From contig RFOZ01000001.1 of NCBI GenBank assembly GCA_009926405.1, positions 3,261-67,260 on the forward strand: 64,000 bases of DNA, written 5' to 3'. The number at the start of each line of letters is the position of its first letter. Position 1 is the first letter of the stretch. The notes under the pieces are model-generated. The model had not been told where the DNA came from. It saw nothing but the letters and a program-made list of their open reading frames with translations, and did not search any database. Positions 9,761 through 18,431 of this stretch are shown piece after piece. Source of the stretch: Cytophagia bacterium. GTDB lineage: Bacteria; Bacteroidota; Bacteroidia; UBA7662. A program made the translations under genes and the position numbers.

Positions 9761-11569
9761 ATGACGCCACTCAGTAATTTTCAATTCAGTTTGGGATCAA
9801 ACCCAGGTGCCATCATCAAGGTTATCGGCATTGGTGGAGCCGGGGGAAACGCCGTCAATCATATGTTCCAAAAAGGAATCAAAGATGTTGATTTCCTGGT
9901 CTGTAACACCGATTATCAGGCCTTGGAACGCAATCTGGTGCGGAATCGCCTGCAATTGGGTCCCAACCTGACCGAAGGCCGTGGAGCAGGCAATCAACCC
10001 GAAATTGGGCGTAAGGCCGCGGTGGAAACCATGGAAGAATTCAAAGAGCTCATTGGTAGGGAAACCAAGATGGTCTTTATTACAGCAGGGCTGGGTGGTG
10101 GAACGGGCACCGGTGCGGCCCCTGTTTTGGCGGAGGCTTGTCGGGCCCTGGACATTTTGACCGTGGGTATTGTTACGCTGCCATTTTCCTTTGAAGGCAA
10201 GAAGCGACTTGAGCAGGCCGAAATTGGCTTAAAGGAATTGCGCCGATTTTGCGATACAACCTTGGTTATCAGCAACGACAAGGTACGCGAGCTGTTTGGA
10301 AACCTGGTTTTCAAAGATGCCTTTGCCAAGGCAGACGATGTTTTGGCTTCAGCGGCCAAAGGCATTGCCGAGATTATTACCGTCGATGGGTATGTCAATG
10401 TTGATTTTGCCGATGTTCGAACCGTTTTGCAGCAGAGCGGAAAAGCAGTGATGGGTTCGGGTCAGGCCAGCGGCGAGAACCGTGCCTTGGAGGCGGTTCG
10501 ATTGGCCTTGTCATCCCCCTTGCTAAGCGAGAATGATATATCGGGTGCCCGCAATATTCTGATTAACATGAGCAGTGGGAATGAAGACCCGATTCGATTG
10601 GATGAAATCGGGGAAATTAACGATTATGTTCAAACCGAAGCGGGTTCAGGTACGGATGTTATTTGGGGGAATTGCACGGACGATGAATTGGGCGATGCTT
10701 TGAGGGTAACCTTAATTGCCACCGGCTTTGAGGGGGATAACCGCCGCGATTACGGTTGGTCGGGTGCAAACACTGGTGTGGTTTGGCAGCCGGTCTTAGA
10801 CGAGAAACCACCCGTTATCGTTCACGAACTTGATAAGCCCGAGCCAGCACCTGATCAAGTTCTCCAGGAAGAAACCTTGCCCATGTTCACGTTGATTGAC
10901 GATGAATTTATGGACGATGATGAGAATGGTGGAACAGACAGCACCACGCCCCCTCCGGGCCCTGTAGCCCCTGCCCAAGCGGTTGATCAAGGTTCCCACG
11001 ATTTGTTCACCCGTGTATGGAATTTCGATGATACTGCTTCGCCCTTTGATTCGGAACATCAAAGCAACGATCGGAACGAGGAGCCGGTGGCCTCCTTGGC
11101 ATCCTCGGCAAAGGAGGTCGTAGACGAGGTTAACCCCTTCTTTGGATACGATGGTCCTGTGGAATGGGACCTCGCCCCGTTGAAGGTTGAAAGCAACAAC
11201 ACTGCAAGTTCGGACACGTCGTTTTCTGAGGCTGAAAAAGGCAATCCAACGCCAGCCGCTACCCATACACCGTCGGTGGAGCCATTGCCCGTTTATGCCA
11301 ACGGTCCGTCCGATGAAGATGTCTTAACGCGCTCTCGCTCGCGCATTCAGAATTTAAGGAATCTGAATTCTTTGCTATCCGGTGGGAATGTCGCACTCGA
11401 AGAACTAGAAAAAGTTCCGGCCTATGTCAGGGCTGGGTATCAACCCGCACCGGCTGCTTCGAGTTCGGACCTACCTTTAAGCCGCACAACGGTGACGGAT
11501 CGGCCTTTGGGTTCGGGTGGCCCCCTTCTCAAAACCGATAACCGCTATTTGCACGATAACGTTGATTAG
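9761..11569 (+). CDS. ftsZ: Cell division protein FtsZ with long acidic linker
   Basis: GIGGAGGNAVN, GLGGGTGTGAAP tubulin signature, NVDFADV; C-terminal LHDNVD typical of Bacteroidota. Confidence 0.98.
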   Translation: MTPLSNFQFSLGSNPGAIIKVIGIGGAGGNAVNHMFQKGIKDVDFLVCNTDYQALERNLVRNRLQLGPNLTEGRGAGNQPEIGRKAAVETMEEFKELIGRETKMVFITAGLGGGTGTGAAPVLAEACRALDILTVGIVTLPFSFEGKKRLEQAEIGLKELRRFCDTTLVISNDKVRELFGNLVFKDAFAKADDVLASAAKGIAEIITVDGYVNVDFADVRTVLQQSGKAVMGSGQASGENRALEAVRLALSSPLLSENDISGARNILINMSSGNEDPIRLDEIGEINDYVQTEAGSGTDVIWGNCTDDELGDALRVTLIATGFEGDNRRDYGWSGANTGVVWQPVLDEKPPVIVHELDKPEPAPDQVLQEETLPMFTLIDDEFMDDDENGGTDSTTPPPGPVAPAQAVDQGSHDLFTRVWNFDDTASPFDSEHQSNDRNEEPVASLASSAKEVVDEVNPFFGYDGPVEWDLAPLKVESNNTASSDTSFSEAEKGNPTPAATHTPSVEPLPVYANGPSDEDVLTRSRSRIQNLRNLNSLLSGGNVALEELEKVPAYVRAGYQPAPAASSSDLPLSRTTVTDRPLGSGGPLLKTDNRYLHDNVD

Positions 11570-11601
11570 TTTGATTCCTCTGCACAACCACCCTGTTAAA
11601 G

Positions 11602-12705
11602 ATGAACATAAGCATCCTCAAAGAAGCAAACCCTGAACACCGGGTATCGGCCACTCCGGAATTGGTGCAAGCGTGGGTTAAAAAAGGGCACAGGGTGTGG
11701 GTCGAAACAGGTGCAGGTCTCGAAGCGGCTTATTCCGATGAGGCCTATGCGGAAGCAGGGGCCCAGGGCGGTTCCAGGGACCAATTTCCACTTGATACCG
11801 AAGTCTTGGTTACGGTCAATTGCCCAACGGAACTTCCAGCTTCTGGTTTAAGGTGGTTGATTGGCACTTTGTCCCCGGCCCGCCATCGTTCTTTGTTGGA
11901 ATCCTGGGTGCCGTCCGGTCTTACCATCCTGAGTTTGGACGCCTTGCCTAGAATTACCCGCGCGCAGAATATGGATGTCCTTTCCAGCCAAGCATCTTTG
12001 GGTGGGTATCATGCTGTGATCGAAGCCGCGGCCCTTTTGCCCCGATGTTTTCCGATGATGATGACGGCCGCAGGGACCGTGGTGCCTGCCAGGGTTCTGG
12101 TTATCGGAGCCGGGGTGGCTGGCTTGCAGGCCATTGCCACTGCCAAGCGATTGGGTGCGGTGGTTGTTGCCTTTGATACACGTCCATCGGTGAAAGAACA
12201 GGTGGAAAGCCTGGGTGGACATTTCATTGAAGTCGAAGGAGCCGTGGAGGATCGTGGTGCGGGGGGGTATGCTGTGCAGCAAAGCGAAGACTACCGACGC
12301 CGACAACAGGAACGCTTGAACGAAGAGCTCCTCAAAGCCGACGTTGTGATTACCACGGCTCAAATACCTGGTCAACGAGCCCCTGTTTTGATTTCTTCTC
12401 CTATGTTGAACCGCATGAAAGCCGGTTCTGTTGTTATGGACCTAGCAGCCGCCGGTGGCGGTAACTGCGAAGGGACGGTGGATGGTCAGAATATTCGGTT
12501 GGGCCAGGCCTTGGTCTGTGGACGATCGGCCCCTGCTTCGGCCAAGGCCCAAGATGCGAGCCGGATGTACTCCAGGAATTTACTTGCCTTTACCTCTTTG
12601 CTGGAATCGGATGACCCCTCCAAGTGGGCTCTTGTCAGCGATGAAATCGTAACCGCCTGTTGCCTGGCCCACCAAGGGAGCGGGCAGGGCCTACTCGCCT
12701 CGTAG
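11602..12705 (+). CDS. pntA: NAD(P) transhydrogenase subunit alpha, part 1 (soluble dI domain)
   Basis: PRITRAQNMDVLSSQ, MMMTAAGT, IGAGVAGLQAIATA, ITTAQIPG, DLAAAGGGNC. Confidence 0.95.
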   Translation: MNISILKEANPEHRVSATPELVQAWVKKGHRVWVETGAGLEAAYSDEAYAEAGAQGGSRDQFPLDTEVLVTVNCPTELPASGLRWLIGTLSPARHRSLLESWVPSGLTILSLDALPRITRAQNMDVLSSQASLGGYHAVIEAAALLPRCFPMMMTAAGTVVPARVLVIGAGVAGLQAIATAKRLGAVVVAFDTRPSVKEQVESLGGHFIEVEGAVEDRGAGGYAVQQSEDYRRRQQERLNEELLKADVVITTAQIPGQRAPVLISSPMLNRMKAGSVVMDLAAAGGGNCEGTVDGQNIRLGQALVCGRSAPASAKAQDASRMYSRNLLAFTSLLESDDPSKWALVSDEIVTACCLAHQGSGQGLLAS

Positions 12706-12729
12706 CATATTGGTTTAAATCAGGAAACA

Positions 12730-13050
12730 ATGGAATGGAGTTTACAGGATTTCCCAACACTGATTAACAGTGTTTTACCCCACCTATACCTGCTTTTGCT
12801 CGCTGTTTTTCTGGGCATTGAGGTGATTGGTCGAGTGCCACAGGTGCTGCACACCCCCCTCATGTCCGGGTCCAACGCCCTCTCCGGGGTCGTGGTGGTG
12901 GGTTCCATTCTTATGGTTGGCAAGGCTGAGCAGGCCCCTTGGCCCGTTTTGGTTTTGGGATGCTTATCCTTGGTTTTGGCTACCGTGAACGTGGTCGGTG
13001 GTTTTGCCGTTACCGGGCGTATGCTCAACATGTTCCGCAAAAAGAAATAA
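12730..13050 (+). CDS. pntA: NAD(P) transhydrogenase subunit alpha, part 2 (membrane)
   Basis: LHTPLMSGSNALSG and NVVGGFAVTGRMLNMF motifs; 3 TM helices. Confidence 0.93.
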   Translation: MEWSLQDFPTLINSVLPHLYLLLLAVFLGIEVIGRVPQVLHTPLMSGSNALSGVVVVGSILMVGKAEQAPWPVLVLGCLSLVLATVNVVGGFAVTGRMLNMFRKKK

Positions 13051-13051
13051 C

Positions 13052-14482
13052 ATGGAAACAATGATGGAGGTTGGCTACCTGGTAGCCCTTGTTTGTTTTG
13101 TGTTGGGAATAAAAGGCATGAGCGATCCGGCGACCTCTAACCGCGGTAATGGGATTCTGGCCCTGGGGATGGCTTTGGCCACCTTGGTGACCCTTTTTCT
13201 TCCAGGGCTCGCGAATCTACCGTATATATTGGGCTCCTTGGTTTTGGGGTCTTGGATAGGTCTGCGAATGTCCGCTCAGGCCAAAATGACCGAAATGCCC
13301 CAGATGGTCTCTTTACTCAACGGCTTTGGAGGTTTGGCAGCCGCCTTGGTGGCCTTGGCCGAAGTGGTGGATTTGTTGTACGGGGAAGGGCTGCTACGCT
13401 TGCTGACCGAAACATCGGGAATGGGGTCTATGGGTTCCTATTACCTGGTTTTTTATATTGTCACTTTGATGATCAGCTTATCGGTTGGTGGAATCTCCTT
13501 TACCGGTTCTGTAATGGCCATGGCCAAACTGGACGGTAAGGTCAGTGGTCAGCCCATTCGCTTCCCACTGCAGGGCTTGGTTACCAACGGCCTTCTCTTG
13601 GTTCAGGTTTTACTGATTGTGGGGATGGTTTTGTTTCCAACATATGCGGAGCCCATGGTTTACCTCCTGCTGGCCTTGTCCCTGGTCTATGGGGTGCTCT
13701 TCGTGTTGCCGATTGGCGGGGCGGACATGCCGGTGGTCATTTCTTTTTTGAATTCCCTAACCGGTCTAACCGCGGCTACCACGGGTTTGTTGTTTGACAA
13801 CCGTGCCATGTTGATGGGCGGTGTTCTGGTGGGCGCATCGGGTGTGTACCTGACGGTCCTCATGTGCAAAGCCATGAACCGTACCCTGGGGGCGGTCTTG
13901 CTGGGTCAGTTTAATGCATCGGGTTCGGTTGCCGGTCGTGAAATCAGTGGTCAAATCCGGGAGATAGGCACCTACGATGCCGCGGTTTTGTTGGCTTATT
14001 CATCCAGGGTGGTGGTGGTGCCTGGATACGGAATGGCGGTTGCTCAGGCCCAACACCCCATGCATGAACTCGAGAAACTCCTTGTTTCGAAAGGGGTCGA
14101 ATGCCGTTATGCCATCCACCCCGTGGCCGGCCGTATGCCCGGTCACATGAACGTTCTGCTGGCCGAAGCCGATGTTTCCTACGATTTACTGATGGAAATG
14201 GAGGCCATTAACCCGGAATTCCCCCAGACCGATGTGGTGGTAGTGGTTGGTGCAAACGATGTGGTCAACCCGGCTGCCGAGAACGATCCAGGCTCTCCCG
14301 TTTACGGCATGCCAATCCTCAAGGCTTACCAGGCCAAGAACATCATCGTAATCAAGCGCTCCATGGCGGCAGGTTATGCCGGTGTTGAGAACGAGCTTTT
14401 TTACGATCCCAAAACCCGCATGCTCTTTGGGGATGCCAAGGCCGTTTTGTCGGAGTTGATTCAGGCCGTGAAGGGTTTGTAA
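13052..14482 (+). CDS. pntB: NAD(P) transhydrogenase subunit beta
   Basis: MTEMPQMV, IGGADMPVVIS, GYGMAVAQAQH, HPVAGRMPGHMNVLLAEA, GANDVVNP; ATG 13052. Confidence 0.96.
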   Translation: METMMEVGYLVALVCFVLGIKGMSDPATSNRGNGILALGMALATLVTLFLPGLANLPYILGSLVLGSWIGLRMSAQAKMTEMPQMVSLLNGFGGLAAALVALAEVVDLLYGEGLLRLLTETSGMGSMGSYYLVFYIVTLMISLSVGGISFTGSVMAMAKLDGKVSGQPIRFPLQGLVTNGLLLVQVLLIVGMVLFPTYAEPMVYLLLALSLVYGVLFVLPIGGADMPVVISFLNSLTGLTAATTGLLFDNRAMLMGGVLVGASGVYLTVLMCKAMNRTLGAVLLGQFNASGSVAGREISGQIREIGTYDAAVLLAYSSRVVVVPGYGMAVAQAQHPMHELEKLLVSKGVECRYAIHPVAGRMPGHMNVLLAEADVSYDLLMEMEAINPEFPQTDVVVVVGANDVVNPAAENDPGSPVYGMPILKAYQAKNIIVIKRSMAAGYAGVENELFYDPKTRMLFGDAKAVLSELIQAVKGL

Positions 14483-14531
14483 GGGGTGGACCTGCCAAGG
14501 CTTTTGCAAGTTTGCTGCCTGGTTCCAGCTC

Positions 14532-14548
14532 CCAAAAATTATTTTTGG
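14532..14548. promoter_or_regulatory. Inverted repeat containing a candidate -7 box (TATTTTTG, 14540-14547, + strand) upstream of gltA
   Basis: CCAAAAAT-T-ATTTTTGG in the pntB-gltA intergenic region; matches Bacteroidota TAnnTTTG. Confidence 0.4.
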
Positions 14549-14663
14549 TTTTACTACAAAAGGTGCAATTTTTGAGGAGCCGAACGTTTGTGCTTTCGGG
14601 CTCAACTTTACGCATCAACCGCCCACCTTTTTTGTTATTCTGTCCAAAATTTACCCCTTACTC

Positions 14664-15953
14664 ATGTCCTCCTCCAACGCTGAACTCCATTACAACGGTC
14701 AGATTTACCCCTTGCCTCTTTTGGTTGGTACCGAAAACGAACCGGCCGTCGATATTTCCAAACTGCGGGACGATACCGGGTTGGTGACGTTGGACATTGG
14801 TTACAAGAACACAGGCGCCACCAAGAGCGCCATCACCTTCATTGACGGTGATGCCGGGATTTTGAGCTATCGAGGGTACCCTATTGAGCAATTGGCGGCG
14901 AATTCCAGTTTTATGGAGGTCTCTTACCTTTTGCTTTACGGGGAATTGCCGACCATGGCTCAATTGGAGACCTTTAATCATAGCATCACGCACAGGACCC
15001 TGGTCCACGAAAATATCAAGAAGTTTTTGGATGCCTACCCGGCATCGACCCATCCCATGGGGGTTTTGATGAGCACCATTGCGTCGCTCTCCAGTTTTTA
15101 CCCTAATTCCTTGATTGCGAACCGTCCGATGGCCGATATGGACCGGACCTACCACCGCTTGATCGCCAAAATGGCCACCATCGCGGCGTGGACCTACAAA
15201 AAATCACTGGGGCACCCCTACATGTACCCCAACAACAAGCTAGACTATGTCAGCAATTTCCTCCAAATGATGTTCGGGCACCGAACGGAGGATTATATCG
15301 CGGATCCGGTCGTGGTTGATGCCTTGAACAAATTGTTGATTCTCCACGCCGACCACGAGCAAAACTGCTCCGCGTCCACCGTACGCATGGTCGGATCTTC
15401 GCATGCCAATATTTATGCGGCTGTTGCTGCCGGGGTAGGGGCCTTGTGGGGTCCATTGCACGGTGGTGCTAACCAAGCGGTCATCGAAATGTTGGAGCAA
15501 ATCCGGGCCGATGGTGGGCAGGTTTCTAAGTTTGTGGCCAAGGCCAAGGACAAAAACGACCCCTTCCGCCTCATGGGCTTTGGTCACAGAGTTTACAAGA
15601 ATTTTGATCCCCGGGCCCGCATTATCAAAGAAGCCTGCGATCAGGTCTTGAACAAATTGGGCGTCAACGACCCGGTACTGGACATCGCCAAACAATTAGA
15701 AACCACCGCATTGCAAGACGATTACTTTATCGAGCGGAAATTGTATCCCAATGTGGATTTCTACTCCGGGATCATTTACCGTGCGATTGGTATCCCCACC
15801 GACATGTTTACGGTCATGTTTGCCTTGGGTCGTTTGCCGGGCTGGATTGCCCAGTGGAAAGAGATGCGAGAACTCAACGAGCCGATAGGTAGGCCACGGC
15901 AGGTTTATGTAGGCCATCCCCGCAGGGACTATTTGCCCATTACCAAGCGCTGA
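14664..15953 (+). CDS. gltA: Citrate synthase
   Basis: LHADHEQNCS, GPLHGGAN, LMGFGHRVYKNFDPR, YPNVDFYSG, RPRQ. Confidence 0.97.
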   Translation: MSSSNAELHYNGQIYPLPLLVGTENEPAVDISKLRDDTGLVTLDIGYKNTGATKSAITFIDGDAGILSYRGYPIEQLAANSSFMEVSYLLLYGELPTMAQLETFNHSITHRTLVHENIKKFLDAYPASTHPMGVLMSTIASLSSFYPNSLIANRPMADMDRTYHRLIAKMATIAAWTYKKSLGHPYMYPNNKLDYVSNFLQMMFGHRTEDYIADPVVVDALNKLLILHADHEQNCSASTVRMVGSSHANIYAAVAAGVGALWGPLHGGANQAVIEMLEQIRADGGQVSKFVAKAKDKNDPFRLMGFGHRVYKNFDPRARIIKEACDQVLNKLGVNDPVLDIAKQLETTALQDDYFIERKLYPNVDFYSGIIYRAIGIPTDMFTVMFALGRLPGWIAQWKEMRELNEPIGRPRQVYVGHPRRDYLPITKR

Positions 15954-15974
15954 TTTCCCCCGCTTTGCCCCACA

Positions 15975-16003
15975 CTTCCCCTCAAAGGGGAGGCGTTTTC
16001 TTT
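15975..16003 (+). terminator. Putative intrinsic terminator after gltA, between convergent gltA and pepP
   Basis: CTTCCCCT-CAA-AGGGGAGG hairpin followed by CGTTTTCTTT. Confidence 0.5.
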
Positions 16004-17306
16004 AGTTTCTGTGGGCGCTTTGGTAGGCCTCTTCGATTTCGTCGGTCCGTATGGGCAAATCCTTCATTAAATCAACAGGTCCGGAAGCGCTGACGACGAT
16101 GTCGTTTTCAATTCGAATCCCCAGCCCTTCTTCGGGAATGTAAAGACCGGGCTCGCAGGTGATGACCATCCCTTCCTGAAGGGATTCGTAACGGGCTCCA
16201 ACATCGTGGACATCCAAACCAAGGAAATGCCCCGTGCCGTGGGGAAAATACCTTTTGTAGGCCGGTGATTTGGGGTCCTGTTTGGCAACCTCTTCGGGGC
16301 TGATAAGTCCCAAGCGCAGAACCGCATCCTGCATGATGAGGGCCGATTCCTGGTTGTAATCGTTCAGGCTGCGGCCGGGTCGTAGCAAATCCATTGCCTG
16401 GCGTTGTACGTCCAGAACGGCATCGTAAACTTCTTTTTGCCGGGGCGTAAATCGGCCGTTGACCGGAATGCAGCGGGTTAAATCAGCGGCATAATGAGCG
16501 TAGGATGCGCCAAAGTCCATCAACAAGAGGTCACCATCCTTGCATGCACCTGCATTGCGGGTGTAATGGAGAATGCAGGCCTTCGACCCCGAGGCAATAA
16601 TGGGCTCAAAACTAAAACCTTCGGCCCCCTGTCCCAGGATTGACCCTGCCAGGGCAGCCTCGACCTGGTATTCCATGCAGCCTGGCTTTAGCACTTTGAG
16701 ACCCTGCAGGAGGGCGTTGTGGGTAATTGCTATGGCTTTTTGGAGAGCCTGAACTTCTTCTTGGCTCTTGACGGCCCTTAAGCGGTCCAAGGTTGGGGAT
16801 GCCCGATGAAAACGATGCAAAGGAAATTCACTGATCAAACGACTGACCAGGCGTTGGGTGGCGGAACGAACAGGGGAGGCAGAGGCCCGGTCGTTTTCGT
16901 TCAAGGCAAGGTGAAGGTCGGTGGCGTATTTGGCCTGGGTCCACAAAACAGTCTCAAAATCCTTTTCCCAGAGGACTTGGGTAATGCCTGACAAGGCCGC
17001 AGCCTCCGCCTGGCTGTGCCGAGGGCCCTCCCAAACAGCCAATTCGGGGCTGGTTTCCCGTACAAAGAGGACTTCTCGGTAAGCGGGGTTGGGGCAATCG
17101 GGGAACAAAAGCAGGGCTGTAAGCTCCTGATCGATGCCGCTCAGCCAATACAAATTGGAATCCGGGCGGTAGGGGTGGTAGGCGTCTCCATTGGCAGGAA
17201 CTTGGTCGGAGGCTACAAAAACGGCCATCGAACCGCGACCCAAGGAGGCGACAAAGCGGGCACGGTTAGCCACAAAAACAGAAGAATCGAGGGGTTGATA
17301 GCGCAT
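16002..17306 (-). CDS. pepP: Xaa-Pro aminopeptidase (M24B)
   Basis: ILHY, DFGA..ADLTR, PHGTGHFLGLDVHD, TCEPGLY, GIRIEND; start set at ATG 17306. Confidence 0.93.
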   Translation of the reverse strand: MRYQPLDSSVFVANRARFVASLGRGSMAVFVASDQVPANGDAYHPYRPDSNLYWLSGIDQELTALLLFPDCPNPAYREVLFVRETSPELAVWEGPRHSQAEAAALSGITQVLWEKDFETVLWTQAKYATDLHLALNENDRASASPVRSATQRLVSRLISEFPLHRFHRASPTLDRLRAVKSQEEVQALQKAIAITHNALLQGLKVLKPGCMEYQVEAALAGSILGQGAEGFSFEPIIASGSKACILHYTRNAGACKDGDLLLMDFGASYAHYAADLTRCIPVNGRFTPRQKEVYDAVLDVQRQAMDLLRPGRSLNDYNQESALIMQDAVLRLGLISPEEVAKQDPKSPAYKRYFPHGTGHFLGLDVHDVGARYESLQEGMVITCEPGLYIPEEGLGIRIENDIVVSASGPVDLMKDLPIRTDEIEEAYQSAHRN

Positions 17307-17331
17307 AACGGGGTTTTCTAGGGGGAGGAAG

Positions 17332-17339
17332 CAAAGGTA
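17332..17339 (-). promoter_or_regulatory. Candidate -7 promoter box for pepP
   Basis: TACCTTTG on the minus strand, 25 nt upstream of the ATG. Confidence 0.55.
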
Positions 17340-17408
17340 AGAGGAGCGTTTTGATTGTGGATAAAGGCCCCGGAATCCCCCATTTTGTTTAAAAAAATGG
17401 CCGATACC

Positions 17409-17440
17409 TTTGGATTTACACACAAAACCCTCTACTTTTG
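17409..17440 (+). promoter_or_regulatory. Bacteroidota primary-sigma promoter of the ribosomal superoperon
   Basis: TTTG (17409-17412), 20-nt spacer, TACTTTTG (17433-17440); matches the -33/-7 consensus. Confidence 0.8.
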
Positions 17441-17489
17441 CACTCCCTCAAAAATAGGGGTCGGACAACGATACCAGAAACCAAACACC

Positions 17490-17897
17490 ATGCCTACCAT
17501 TCAGCAATTGGTCAAAAACGGCCGGGAACACAAGGCGGACAAGAGCAAATCTCCTGCCTTGGACTCCTGCCCTCAGCGTCGCGGGGTCTGTACCCGTGTC
17601 TACACGACCACTCCCAAGAAGCCCAATTCAGCCATGCGCAAAGTGGCCCGTGTGCGTTTGACCAACCAAAAGGAGGTCAACGCCTACATTCCCGGTGAGG
17701 GTCACAACCTGCAGGAGCACTCCATCGTGTTAATCCGCGGTGGTCGTGTGAAGGACCTGCCCGGTGTACGCTACCATATTATTCGTGGTGCTTTGGATAC
17801 GGCCGGTGTGAATGGCCGCAAACAGGGTCGCTCCAAATACGGAGCCAAGGCCAAGCAGGCCGCAGCGCCAACCAAAGGCAAAGGCGGTAAAAAGTAA
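17490..17897 (+). CDS. rpsL: 30S ribosomal protein S12
   Basis: [30 protein letters not shown]; start is ATG 17490. Confidence 0.99.
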   Translation: MPTIQQLVKNGREHKADKSKSPALDSCPQRRGVCTRVYTTTPKKPNSAMRKVARVRLTNQKEVNAYIPGEGHNLQEHSIVLIRGGRVKDLPGVRYHIIRGALDTAGVNGRKQGRSKYGAKAKQAAAPTKGKGGKK

Positions 17898-17918
17898 TTT
17901 GATTATCAAGGTAAAGTC

Positions 17919-18386
17919 ATGAGAAAAACCTCCGCCAAGAAGCGCTATGTTGAACCGGACCCCAAATTCCGGGATGAAATCGTTACCAAGTTCATCAACA
18001 ATCTGATGTACGATGGGAAGAAGAGCACGGCCAGTCAGATTTTTTACCTGGCCGTTGAGAACATCGAAAAGAAATTATCAGAGCCTGGTATCGAAGTATG
18101 GCGTCGTGCACTGAACAACGTTATGCCTTCTGTTGAAGTCAAGAGCCGCCGCGTAGGGGGTTCCACTTTTCAGGTCCCCGTTGAAGTAAAGCCCAATCGT
18201 AAGCAAGCCTTGGGCATGCGTTGGTTGATTGGTTACGCCCGCAAGCGCAATGAAAAGACCATGACCGATAAACTAGCCGCTGAAATCATTGCCGCCTCCA
18301 AAGGCGAAGGTGCTGCGGTCAAGAAAAAAGAAGACACCTATCGTATGGCCGAAGCCAACAAAGCATTCTCCCATTTCCGATTCTAA
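17919..18386 (+). CDS. rpsG: 30S ribosomal protein S7
   Basis: [27 protein letters not shown]. Confidence 0.99.
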   Translation: MRKTSAKKRYVEPDPKFRDEIVTKFINNLMYDGKKSTASQIFYLAVENIEKKLSEPGIEVWRRALNNVMPSVEVKSRRVGGSTFQVPVEVKPNRKQALGMRWLIGYARKRNEKTMTDKLAAEIIAASKGEGAAVKKKEDTYRMAEANKAFSHFRF

Positions 18387-18431
18387 TTCCAACCGATTCC
18401 AACCCCTAGCTACGGCTCATACCCCATTACC

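Noticed and set aside
2..11569. murF, ddl and murB absent from the dcw cluster
   Set aside because: The usual Bacteroidota dcw order is murE-mraY-murD-ftsW-murG-murC-ftsQ-ftsA-ftsZ.
12700..12735. Split pntA as a pseudogene or frameshift
   Set aside because: The break falls at the known dI/dII domain boundary and both parts have clean starts and stops.
17441..17489. Small hairpins in the rpsL leader as an autoregulatory RNA
   Set aside because: Stems are only 3-5 bp and cannot be supported without covariation analysis.
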